From Phoronis australis (Eukaryota > Animalia > Phoronida): a stretch of 64,000 nt of DNA. The stretch spans positions 372,001 through 436,000 of the forward strand of contig NMRA01000089.1 in NCBI GenBank assembly GCA_002633005.1. The letters run 5' to 3'. Positions within the stretch are counted from its first letter, which is position 1, and the number at the start of each line of letters is the position of its first letter. The notes beneath the pieces were generated by a model, which was given only the letters and a program-made list of their open reading frames with translations, was not told the DNA's origin and searched no databases. The position numbers were made by a program, and so were the translations under genes. This document shows, piece after piece, positions 1 to 12,196 of this stretch.

Positions 1-605
1 AAGCGATTGTAAGTTGATTGACGACATGTATGGTTACGATACAGGAAAGCTATCATCCCTGTTAAGGGGCAAGTACTAATACCAGATGTTTCTAAGAGCA
101 GAGCAAATTTCAATGTCAAACAAGAGTGAACTCTGAGTTTTGCCCCTTTGTGGAGCTTGCTTGCATTGGGATGCAGATTATCTTGTATATTTTGGCTGTT
201 GTTAAACCTAGCCTCTCTTTTTTGGGGTATCATGAATTCAAGTTGTGTGAAATGCTGTCTTGGTGACTGCTGACTTTCTGTGATGTTTTATGTAAAACAA
301 TATGCTATTGTCATCCTTCCAAAATGATTATTGTATTCATGTTCAGTTGGGCGTTCTATGGTGTCTAGAGGAGGGTTTCAACCACAGTTTCCCTGTGATG
401 AACTTTCATAACAACACCAAAACACATTCTACTTAGTGCTGTTTTTGGTCATGCCCGAAGATGGTCCCTTGTTCCTAAGCTCACTCCAAATCCTCTGGTG
501 CATTAACAAATCAAGTTTTAATGGTTTCTGCCATGCATTTGTTGCTAATTGGGACCAATGCTGAACATTAAAGGATGTCTCATTGCTTTAACACAGCTCT
601 GCGCA

Positions 606-662
606 CAGAGAGAGGGTGGGAGGGAGGGAGGAAGGGAGGGAGGGAGAGAGAGAGAGAGAGAT
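606..662. repeat. (GGGA)n/(GA)n purine microsatellite in a TTC7 intron
   Basis: Directly visible gagagagggtgggagggagggaggaagggagggagggagagagagagagagag. Confidence 0.9.
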
Positions 663-809
663 AGACGCACTATTTATACAACAACAAAATTCTTCATTCG
701 TAATTGTTTTTGTTACTATTTTTCTGAAATGTTACACAATGCATTCAAATCCAATCTCCGCAATGAACACTGGGGCGTTAGCAAATTTTTTTGTTATTAT
801 TTTCATAAG

Positions 810-3800
810 GCTACACATGAGGCGGTGCTAGAAAGATCTGAAGAGCATGAAGACACTCGTGTTCACTCGCTACAGAATGCATCTGCTGTGCTGGACTTGC
901 TTACGATAGCACTTGTCAAGCGCTCTCAGTTCGACATGTTAGCTGGTGTAGGTATTCAAGCCCACTTTTCCATGTTATGGGAGAATATATGAAGAGCAGC
1001 TTCGTAGAACACTATCTTGTCTTGGCTTTTGGGTCATTGCGATTAGTTATATCAAGTATCATCTGAGGCGTAGTCATACCTGGCACTATTAGATAACTGT
1101 TATTTTCGGAGAAGGCGATCAGTATTAAATTGTTTTTTAAATCCTGAAGTTATGTAGGACCTTATTAAAAAGTCTGCATATTTTTCCAAATGTTTACAAA
1201 AGTCTAGTAAGTAAAATTAATTTCATTTGAAAAATTTAGCAGGCACATTGCTAGCAAAGCAACAGTGTCAATATCACGATCATGTTGTGCTCGATATTAA
1301 TGTTAGATCTAAAAATGGTGTTACAGTTTTATCAAATATCCTTTCATTTTCGTTTCATGCAACTTGAGAGTTTTTTCATGAAAATCATAAAAAGTTATTT
1401 TTGAAAGTCCCTCATGTAAAAGTAGAAATTTTAAAAACGGTTCCTAACTGCGTTTTAGAGAGCAGTGTATGCTGATGATAAAGTGGGGTCATAGGTTATT
1501 ATGGTGGCTCAGTGTCAGCAAACTTATAATACTGTATTTTGAAATTGGTATTAGTTGAAACTACGGTGAAATCTTACAAATTTAGGACACGGTGTGGTGG
1601 ATTGGTGAAATTTTATCCTGTTTTTTCGTAAAAGACAGCTGCACAAAATCGATGGTTCGCTAGTTGTAAGTTTTATTACATAGCTTGGCATCAGACAAAG
1701 GTTTTGAGTAGTGAAGGGCAGTCTCTACAATATGTTAAAAACCTTTGAAAATTTAAAAGATCAGTTTTAGCAATGAAATTGGTGAGGTTTTACCTTAGTC
1801 TGGCCAAAGCAGTGTTGATTCTTTTTTTAAGGTCTCAGTTAAGAAGTCCTTGTAGATATTATGTTCTGTTCAATATTCACGCTGTTACTCTTACAGTCGT
1901 TTCAAAATTCCATGAAGTACTCGTTTGATGAATTCCATCAGTGGTTTCAATTTGCCTTGACACTCGTCAGTGCTGAAAAGGTGAGTAAATCCTGTCACAG
2001 GTCTGAATAACCAATGTTAGTTGAGATGTTTTCTTATTATTACTTGTCCTTGAAAGCTTGATAAACTTGGCACGGTAACTTGTGTGGTTTGTTTTTCATG
2101 CCAGTATGGTAAAATATTCACAATTCACAACACAGTGTGTAGGACAAGTGAAATCTTATTTTTTCATTTGTTTCACTAGAGATAAGTGGCATATAATGAA
2201 GGCTTTCTTAGTCTTAACTTGCATGACATACCAAACATTGGACAATGCTTTGAAAGACTGTAGACATTCACAACTACGTTAGAAGCCTTCGAAGAATGAA
2301 AAGGTCAAATTCTTCAATTATTTTTTGTTTGAAAGTGGTGTGAGTTTGCCATAACATGTTTGCATGTGAGTTACTGTTAAATCACTCGTTGGAACTACTT
2401 AGTTGTACTATGGCTGTCACAAAATACAACAGCATGCAATGGGAACGAAAGACAACGGTGTGATGCCGCATGAGTTGCATTTTGTATACCGTGTTGCTTT
2501 TTTGCGGATGTACTTATGTGTCTATGTACGTCAGTTGTGGGGTCTGAACTCAAAGAATTGTGAGCTCTCCCATGGCTGTTGCACTCATGAAGTTGTATTC
2601 TTGAGCAAGGCAGTTAATCTGAAGTTTTCAACTCAGCTCACTCTGAGACTGGGTAGTAACTTTCTTAATGAAGGATTCAATTTGTCCTACAGGGCACATG
2701 TGACTTATTAGTGCTGCACTCTCGATTGAACAGTTGTGAGATGACTCCTCAGCGACTTCAGTCATGCAGTTGTGTTCTTGTACAAGATTTAAAACAGAAC
2801 GTGAACCAAATTGACCACTACCCTCACTGAATCTTATGGCTCATCGAGGAGTTACTTTCTTCTACTGTTGCTGTGTAACTGGCATTTTGACACTGTTTTA
2901 AGAACCCATGTGAATGCTTGATGTTGCTGATGTTGTGCTGAGAATACTAATCACATCTATGAAACTGTGGTTACAGCAAATGGTCTTGTAAGCAAATGTT
3001 CAGCTTGTGTTGGTTTTGTCCTTCGCCTAATACAAAGAATGGAAACAACATGGCCCCTCATTCATCCACTTAGTAGTGTTTCTTACTTATGGAACGGGTA
3101 AAGTTGGCTCGCTCACCCATAGCCTGGTACTAGGACCCTCAAACACGGCTTTCCAAATGCCAAAAATTTTGCATGAACTCGCAAAACATGGCTTAAGCAC
3201 ACATGTGCTGGTAAACAACCTGTCGGACTGTCCCTGTAATTGCTTAAGCTGTGAGCGCTACATGGCACTGTTCGTAACATGCTGTCAGATTTGCCTATCT
3301 ATAGTGGCTGCATGTGTATACCTGCATTGTTTCATTTAGCCTTCCTTTTCATACACTTGGCGGGCTTTCTTAAGGAATGTTGATTTGTACTATGTTTGAT
3401 GCATGTGAAGCACAAACAAGGTTCCACATGTCTTGTTTTATTATGTGAACAGTTGCTCTGCCATTGTAATCTACTCTTTATGTAAGTATCTTTGTGTGCT
3501 GTGAGCCGTGTTTATGAATCCCTAGGGAACTACTTGTATGTTCACAAGTGTGGCAACCAATGTTTATTTCCACCTCTTGTTATATTGACTGTATATTTCC
3601 AGTACCAGAGAGCCCTGCTTGTGCTTCAAGAGTGTACAAGACTACAACCTGATAACGCCATTGTCCTGCTGCATATAGTCAGACTGCTCTTGGAGTTTTT
3701 ACACCAGGTATGCTGTTTTAAGCATCCAACAAAAGTTTATCTGGTTAACATATTTGGGTACCTTGGTGACAAATTTCATTTAAATGCTTGGTTCCTAACT

Positions 3801-6800
3801 TGTTTTTTAGTTATTGAGTGAAGTGTAATCTTCTCATTAAGATTTTTATGAATATTCATGAAAACCAAACACAAGCTCACAATCGGTGCTTGTTTACTTG
3901 TAAGTTGTCGATCTCGTTTCCATTTTAGTTAGTTAGAAGATGGTATCGTCTGTTGCTAATATTCACACTGTCATTGTGGCCTATTCACATTGCAACTGCA
4001 TTATAGTCTACCAATCAGAGTAGTCGCATTTTGAAATGTGGAGATTTAATGTCAAGTGTTGCGACATTATCTCAAGTATTCTCTTAGTGCTGCAATAAGG
4101 ATATGGTACTGCTTATGGTGCCACCTTTTGACACAATATCCGGGAATTTCATGAAGGTGTTAATTATTGTTACAGACTGATGAGGGTATCGTGTATGCTC
4201 AACGTGTTCTTGCGACCACTGCTCATAGTGAGTGGGCCTGTTACAAAAGTAAAGCTCATCTGTTCCTTGGGATGGCCTACAGCATGAAGTCCAGTGAATG
4301 CAAACTACACACTGAGAGACAAGAGTACTACAGGAAAGCTTTGTCAGAATTCATGGCGTAAGTCTTGCTGAAAAATTCCTCAAATTTTTAGATTGCTTTA
4401 ACGTTATGTAGGAGCCTAAAAATGTCTAAATTTGCCTAATGTCTGAACGTCATATGTAAGAAATGTCGGATCGGATTGATATTAAATTTTCAGATACTAT
4501 GCTTAATGCATTTTTCTCCAAAATGTTGTTAGCAATTGTTTTTATATGTTCCACTTTTGCACGAGGGGCTATCAAAATGTGTCTTTTATTATTTTTATTT
4601 ACAAATAAAAGTTGTATAAATCGTAAAGGAAATGGTAATTTTGGAAACTGAAATAGTGTTTTTGAAACACGCATATGCATCTTTAAGTATTTTTCAGAAG
4701 TCCTGTCAGAGCGGATTAATGCACCAGCATATCCCCAATGATCCTGTCCGTGACAGGTATTACAGGTATTACCTGTCAGAGCACCATCTTTAGTGTGATA
4801 TTTGATGGCACGCTTTCATCACTCAAGATATCTTCTGAACAATTAAAAATAGTCCTGTATTTCAGGGGCCATGAAGCGGACAAGAATTCTCATTTACCTC
4901 CATTCCACATATCGTTGCTACTGGCGACCATGCGTCAGATCAACGAGGCCCTGACATATGTACAGAAGGCCCTAGCCCTGCGCTCCGACCACTTACACTC
5001 CCTGCATTTACTGGCCTTGCTGTTGTCTGCACAGAAACACTATGTGGAGGCACTGGCACTGGTCAAGGCAACACTTGAGGAATACCCAGATGTCATCAGG
5101 TGGGTGACCTTTGACCTCTTGTAGGGTTGGATTGAAAAGCTGAATGGACAGTGAATTGTGTGATAGGTATATACAAATGCATATGTAACTCAACTTCTAA
5201 CCATTGTTCACTCTGACTATCAGTTTCATCGTGGTTATTATTTTTTAAAGACATTTTCATTGTATTGTTTTATTCTGTTTGGCAATCATTGTTGAAGAAT
5301 TTGTAATTATTTAATTTGATAGGAATACCCCGATGGAAAGCAGTTAATGTCCATGACTGAGCAGACCACTTTCTTGATACACATTAAATATTAAATTAAT
5401 TTAAGACAATTCTGTTCAACATTGTAACAACAGGAGACATCCAAACACAACAGTCTCGCGACATGTTTTACAGTATGCTTTGCACGCTAACGTCAGTGTA
5501 TCAATAATCAGACTGTAACGTGTAAAACGTTTTTCAAAAATCTTAATGAAAATACCGCAGTACTCCTTAAAGTTTCGCATAGCTTGACCTTGAGCTAGTC
5601 TGTTGCTTGTTGGAAACATTAAGATTTAATTAGTTTTGATTTTTGACAGAATGATTTGAAGTTTTAATGTTTGTTTAAAGTCAACTACTACTGAACTGTT
5701 GAACGCTGTTCCTTGAACTATTTCATCATTCTTACAGTGTGTTATTCACCAAGTCTAAGCTGGAACAGGTGGTCCACGGAGATGAGGTCGCCATGGCAAC
5801 GTGTAAACATATTCTAAATGTGTGGAAAGAGCACTATGATGTCAATATTGATGTTATGGATGGGTAGGTAGTGCTTGTGTAATCACTATTGTAGGAGTGC
5901 GATAAAACTTGCTATATTTAATGTGGTCCTTCAGATTTAGACATTTCATGATAAGACATAACATTTGTATAATCAGTACGTTAGACTCCATTGATTAGCA
6001 ATTCTTCTTAAACCTTAAACTGAAATGCCTGTTCATTTTAAATTTACCAACATGAGCTCTACATTTCAGAAAAAAAGATGTTTTCAGTATCCAAAATTAT
6101 AAAAGTTTTACCGTAAACTGTACGTTGATAGATCAAAACATATTGGCTCATCAGTTACGTCTACCTTTTGCTCACTCTTCAGTGATGAGAAATACTCAAC
6201 TGCCCTGACACAGCCAGACCAGCGTAGTATTGCTCAGCTCACCAGCTCAGAGTACAGTGACCTTGGCACCGGCTCCATCCGGGAATCGTTAGCAGCATCC
6301 AAGATTGAGACGACTCTCTCCGACGTTGCCACATCACTGAGTGGCAGCTACGTAGCTCGGTCTGGGTCGTCATTCTCATCGCAGCTACAGACAAACATAT
6401 GGCTTCACCTTGGTCAGTTTGGCTTGAAATTAGGGTGAATGTCACTTACAGGGTCCCGCTTTTCGATTACCAGTTTCAGTGTTGTCCACGAAATAACACG
6501 CATATAACTGGATCTCAAAATGCAGGATCACTGAAAGTGGTTACTGCCGAAGTGGGTTTGGGCTAAAATCAGCTATTGCAATTGAACCGTTGCCATGGGC
6601 ATCAGAACAATTTAAATGCAGGAACAATAACAATCACGAGGCGTAATTAATCATCGTAGGCAGGATTTTATTTCTAACAAATGTTAGTGTACAAAACCTT
6701 TCTTTCTATCAATCAAATTCGATGTTCAAACCTGACCTGCAGATTTTAATCAAACTTGTACAACATAAAAACATAAAAGGGAGTTGCGTCAATGTAGCGT

Positions 6801-9800
6801 TCTCTTTATTATTTCAGCCGAGATGTACTTATCCATGGATAAACCTAATGAAGCCTTGTCATGTATACAGGAAGCGTCGGCTACATCTCCTAACTCTTAT
6901 AACATCTCATATATGGTGGGTTCTGTTGTGGTCAAAAGTGTAATGAGCAAAGGCAGTACTAGAAGCGCACAGTATAAGCCAGTGATATTCAAACAAAATG
7001 TCCCAGAATTCCCCATCATGTCAGCGGGGCAGAAGCTGAATTCATCATCAGAGTACTAGCCTTCTTTCATGACCGAGCTATTAAGGTGGCTAAGTCAACA
7101 TGTAACAGGGCTTGGAATTTTCCGTGGAAACGCGGATTTCCACTCTTTTGAAATGTGCTTTCCGCTTTTTATGCGCCCACATATTTATATGTGGACGCAT
7201 TATGCCGTCATCTCTGTCCGTCCGTCCGTCCGTCCGTCCGTCCGGGCGGCGTCCGTCCGGCGTCCGGCGTCCGCTGCTCTATCTCCAAAACCCTTTGACA
7301 TACGTTCATGAAATTTGGCACATATGTTCCATTCATGAATGGGACGGCATGTGCGAACTTTCGGACGGATCCGACTACCGGTGTGCCCCCTAGTGGCAAT
7401 TTTAGTTTTTTACGCTTACCTTTGTATCTTCAAAAGTCCTGAACGGATTTTCATGAAATTTGGTATGTAGGCACNCCTGTTCATTTTAAATTTACCAACA
7501 TGAGCTCTACATTTCAGAAAAAAAGATGTTTTCAGTATCCAAAATTATAAAAGTTTTACCGTAAACTGTACGTTGATAGATCAAAACATATTGGCTCATC
7601 AGTTATGTCTACCTTTTGCTCACTCTTCAGTGATGAGAAATACTCAACTGCCCTGACACAGCCAGACCAGCGTAGTATTGCTCAGCTCACCAGCTCAGAG
7701 TACAGTGACCTTGGCACCGGCTCCATCCGAGAATCGTTAGCAGCATCCAAGATTGAGACGACTCTCTCCGACGTTGCCACGTCACTGAGTGGCAGCTACG
7801 TAGCTCGGTCTGGGTCTTCATTCTCATCGCAGCTGCAGACAAACATATGGCTTCACCTTGGTCAGTTTGGCTTGAAATTAGGGTGAATGTCACTTACAGG
7901 GTCCCGCTTTTCGATTACCAGTTTCAGTGTTGTCCACGAAATAACAGGCATATAACTGGATCTCAAAATGCAGGATCACTGAAAGTGGTTACTGCCGAAG
8001 TGGGTTTGGGCTAAAATCAGCTATTACAATTGAACCGTTGCCATGGGCATCAGAACAATTTAAATGCAGGAACAATAACAATCACGAGGCGTAATTAATC
8101 ATCGTAGGCAGGATTTTATTTCTAACAAATGTTACTGTACAAAACCTTTCTTTCTATTAATCAAATTCCATGTTCAAACCTGACCTGCAGATTTTAATCA
8201 AACTTGTACAACATTAAAGGGAGTTGTGTCAATGTAGCATTCTCTTTATTATTTCAGCCGAGATGTACTTATCCATGGATAAACCTAATGAAGCCTTGTC
8301 ATGTATACAGGAAGCGTCGGCTACATCTCCTAACTCTTATAACATCTCATATATGGTGGGTTCTGTTGTGGTCAAAAATGTATGAGCAAGGGCAGTACTA
8401 GAAGCGCACAGTATAAGCCAATAATATTCAAACAAAATGTCCCAGAATTCCCCATCATGTCAGCGGGGCAGAAGCTGAATTCATCATCAGAATACTGGTC
8501 TTCTTTCATGACCGAGTTAGTAAGGTGGATAAGTCAGTGTGTAATCAGAAATTTGTCGCCCTAATGATTATTGCCACTAATATTTGCTGCTAGCAGAATT
8601 AGCCGTTATGATTGCGCAGCAGTATTTTGTCTCGATACTATTCTCTTGTGTTGTACATGCATCTTCATTAGATTAACCTCAAGTTTCTGGAAGTTTGTGA
8701 GCAGGCAAAGCAGGAGTGATAAGGCCTGCCAAACTAGCACCTGTTCACTGATGTTGTTAAAGGGCGTGCAAAGCAACTTAATGGCTTCGATAAAATTACG
8801 AAGCGAGCAAGTTTTATGGACTTGTATAGATATTCATCACATTTGATTCCATTTACTTGCATCAGTTCTTACCTTGCTTGTTCCAAAAATGTTATCTGAA
8901 GAACTGTCTGAATTGGTTTAATGGTGTGTTTCTATCAACACACAACACTGTTAGTGTATATTGACCCATTTGACACCAGTTTCATAACAGTAAGTGGTCC
9001 AAAACACAGACTGGATATCTGCGTATGGGCCTTAATACGCACTCGTATGGTATAGAATGTACATGAACAAGTTGCTCTCGTTTGCTGTATAAGTTAAATA
9101 TCTATTGACATTTTTGTTTGTAGAAAGGAAGGATTCACGAGCACAAGCAGGAGTACAAAGAGGCCAAACAGTTGTACACAAACGCTGCTTCAATTCACCC
9201 TAGTCATGTCAACACATTGCAACACCTGGTGAGTATGGAAAGGGAGACACATCCGTCCAATGCCCTCGTAACACTGCCACGATAGCATGCTTATGACGAT
9301 AGGACAAAATATGTTGTTTTTTTAAATAGAAAGACAAAAGTAAGTGGGTGAGAATCAACTTTGCTGGTTTTTAATTAGAATATGTGGTAATATGATGATA
9401 TGTCATTACATCATGCTTTTCCTAGTTATTTCACTTGATGGGTTTATGGGAAATGATTCATTTTGTTTTTAAGTCTCATGACAATACCTGGGATTTTCAA
9501 TGATCCAGTATGACAGTAAGTGGGCTTCGTTGTATTACTGATTCTGGGTAGTGTATTGCTTCACCTTGCCAACATCACTTATGTGACTACGTTGATGGTA
9601 TTTATAAGAGGCTGGCGACGGAACTCAAAATAGATTTGCAAGATACGAAACATGGCCGATTTTCGTTTCACTTCCCTAATGGTTCTAATCTGTTACTGCT
9701 GAAATTCACAGGCAGAATTACTGAGACTTCATGCAAGGTTATCCAATAAGATGGCGACATATCTCCTAGTCCTGCTTTTTTCTAAATTTGGAATTCTGCA

Positions 9801-11026
9801 AGTGGTTTTTTGTCCTTTCCCAGGGAACAGTGCATTATAACTTGGGTGACTTCAGGATGGCTGAGAAGATCCTGCGTGATGCTGTCACGGCGGATCCTAC
9901 TGCTCACAAAGCATGGTAAGCTGAACAGTCATATTTTAACAATGTTGATTTATTGCCGTTTACTTTGTGGCTACGAAATAGGTCTGTCTTTGATTGAACT
10001 CTCCTTGTTTGCAGAGGTAGAATAACACATTGCATGGATGACCTACTTCTTAGAATGTCAGACACTCCTGAGCTAACTAACAAGGGAAGAATAATACTTT
10101 ACTCATCCAACACTCATATTTGCCTTTTGGTCAATTTCTTGTCAACATTGCAACTGAAGGTGCTCTAGTACTAGTTTGCATGTATTACAATAATGAATTA
10201 AATGATAATTACGATATGAGATAATTACGGCAAAATGTTTCTATTTTGATGTCGTAAACTGGAAGGAAATAGAAGAGTTACTAGCTCAAAGGTGCTATAT
10301 GGACAAAACATTGACAAGATTCACTATATACATAAACTAAACATTATGCTATGTGTTTACAATGACTACAATTTTCACGAACAAGATAGTAATAGGCTTC
10401 AAAAAATAGTATGCGAGTATGAAGGTCAAAAGTAAACTGACATAGTGACCTTGAAAATGGCTTTAGAGTGGAACTGTACATAAAATTATAAACTACCGAC
10501 TTCAAACAAAACAAAGATGAAACTAGATAACCTATAACTAAAACAAGGTTACTTTAAAAAAAATGACACAATTAGCATTCTTACATCAGATTAGCATGGT
10601 ATTGCTTTGGTTAAGAATTCAACATTGACATCTGAATGGGTAAAATGTTGCTTTAAACATTAAACTTGGTTAAGTTTTGGTTACGTTCCATTTTCAGTGT
10701 CTAATGAAACTGAGGGTCTAAAGTAGTGTGACATAACACAAATTAATAGGCTCACCACAGATCGCTCATATTTTTATTCAGTTAATTTTTTGTAAAATTA
10801 ATCCTTTTATTAGTGAGTAGTAGATGGACTCAGTGTCGTGTCATGTCCATTAAGCCTGCTGATGATGTCGTTAATGACTGGGTATCTATTTAGGTATGAC
10901 CTTGGTAAAGTCTTGGACAGCCTTGGTGAGCATGACGGTGCTAGCGATTGTCTCATGACTGCTGTTACATTGGAGTCAACCTGCCCTATTCTACCATTCA
11001 ATATCATTCACAAGAGCGCTGACTGA
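810..11026 (+). CDS. TTC7B: Tetratricopeptide repeat protein 7 (TTC7A/B ortholog, PI4KA complex scaffold); 3' part, 5' exons lie upstream of the window
   Basis: Phase-consistent GT-AG exons: 810-947, 1897-1980, 3603-3707, 4176-4357, 4866-5099, 5738-5863, 6183-6412 (copy 7631-7860), 6818-6915 (copy 8258-8355), 9124-9228, 9824-9915, 10894-11026 (TGA). Peptides SLQNASAVLDLLTIAL, FDEFHQWFQFAL, SLHLLALLLSAQKHY, AEKILRDAV and CLMTAVTLESTCPILPFNII are collinear with vertebrate TTC7B as I recall it. Confidence 0.95.
6028..8545 (+). other. Tandem near-identical segments (6028-~7100 and 7476-~8545) joined at an N; probable uncollapsed haplotypes duplicating two TTC7 exons
   Basis: The second copy starts immediately after the N at 7475. 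The 230-nt exon copies differ at four positions, all synonymous. Splicing both copies in series would frameshift. Confidence 0.85.
7166..7474 (+). mobile_element. Non-autonomous Helentron/DINE-1-like (HINE) element, truncated by an assembly gap
   Basis: T-run, then hairpin ATGCGCCCACATAT-TT-ATATGTGGACGCAT (7171-7200), then (GTCC)n microsatellite and a repeating TTCATGAAATTTGG unit (~7305, ~7450). Near-identical copy at 55714-55942; absent from the sister haplotype segment. Confidence 0.7.
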
Positions 11027-11818
11027 CAACGCACAGTCAATATTAGAGATGGTGTTAAAGAGAAAAGCCAACATTTTCTGTGTTATTTTCACTAAAAACT
11101 CACAATTTGTCAGTTTATATATCAGCTGTCAAGTTTTCCCCAAGCCTTTGCTGGTTATAGAAGCAATGTTATTGATGTAAACGTATCTGACATAGCTGCC
11201 TTATTTCTGAGGCACTCTTCATGGATAAAATATAGTGGCAGAGTAGCGTTGATCACAGGTTCGTTCAATAAGGAAATAGTGTGCAGAATCAAGAGTAATG
11301 TCAACTACTTCTTCTCGCGAATGTTGCATGCTTAGTTGGTAGGGGCCAGGAGAATTGTAATTGGCTTTAAACTTATGCTTTAGATAACAGATGGGCTTTT
11401 TGAGTGAAAATAACACCAAACTTTTCGCCTTTCTCTCTACAACCGCTGAGATACGTGGTCAGATTTGTTTGTATGGGTTAACCCAAATCACTGCCTGAAC
11501 ATCAAGTTGTGAAATTTTCCCCAACCTCCTCATGACTGTCTAGTCAGCCTAGTGAGCCTTTGTTAGTTGTTGTCCAGCACTAAAACTTTGTCTGCTATGA
11601 CTTAAGAGTCGGATGTAATAGAATACAACTTGTGATCCTGTTTCAGTCTACAATGTAATACATAGTGCTATTGTTTTCTCATTCTTGTGATAAGATCACT
11701 GACTTACGTTGCGCTTCCTACAGTGTGTGGTTGCAATAGGAAAGAAGGTCCTTGTCAGAAAAGATACAATTTTTTGTTGTTGATTTATTAATGTGGACTA
11801 TATTGTTGATCATGAATT

Positions 11819-11830
11819 AATAAATTTATT
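11819..11830. terminator. Candidate poly(A) signal(s): AATAAA on + (TTC7) abutting AATAAA on - (palindrome AATAAATTTATT)
   Basis: Motif seen ~800 nt after the TTC7 stop, followed by T-rich sequence; usage not demonstrated. Confidence 0.45.
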
Positions 11831-12196
11831 TATTGAACTCAACTTCCAATGTTTACTCTTTCCTTGATAAAACACATTGGGTTTTTGTCTCCTAGTGCTT
11901 GTCTGAATAATACATCAATTTATTTCTTTTTAGAAATTGAGATTTGGACATTTTTGAGCATGTTTGTGAGTTAACATAAACTACTTTCTAGGTGTTTCAG
12001 AATGAGAACAAGATTTTAAATGTATAGTCATATATTTTCTCATTTTTTTATTTGACAATTATTTTAATAGGAGACACCATAATTGAAGAGAAACCTTACG
12101 GATTTCCCCAACTTGAGCAAAACAAAAACAACATATTGAGCAATAAATACAACGTAGCAGTACATTCAAAACAATTGATCCACGATGGTCAAGAAA

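Noticed and set aside
549-809. N-terminal part of the 147-aa ORF (REGGREGG...)
   Set aside because: Read-through of an intronic GA/GGGA microsatellite; the real exon starts at the acceptor at 810.
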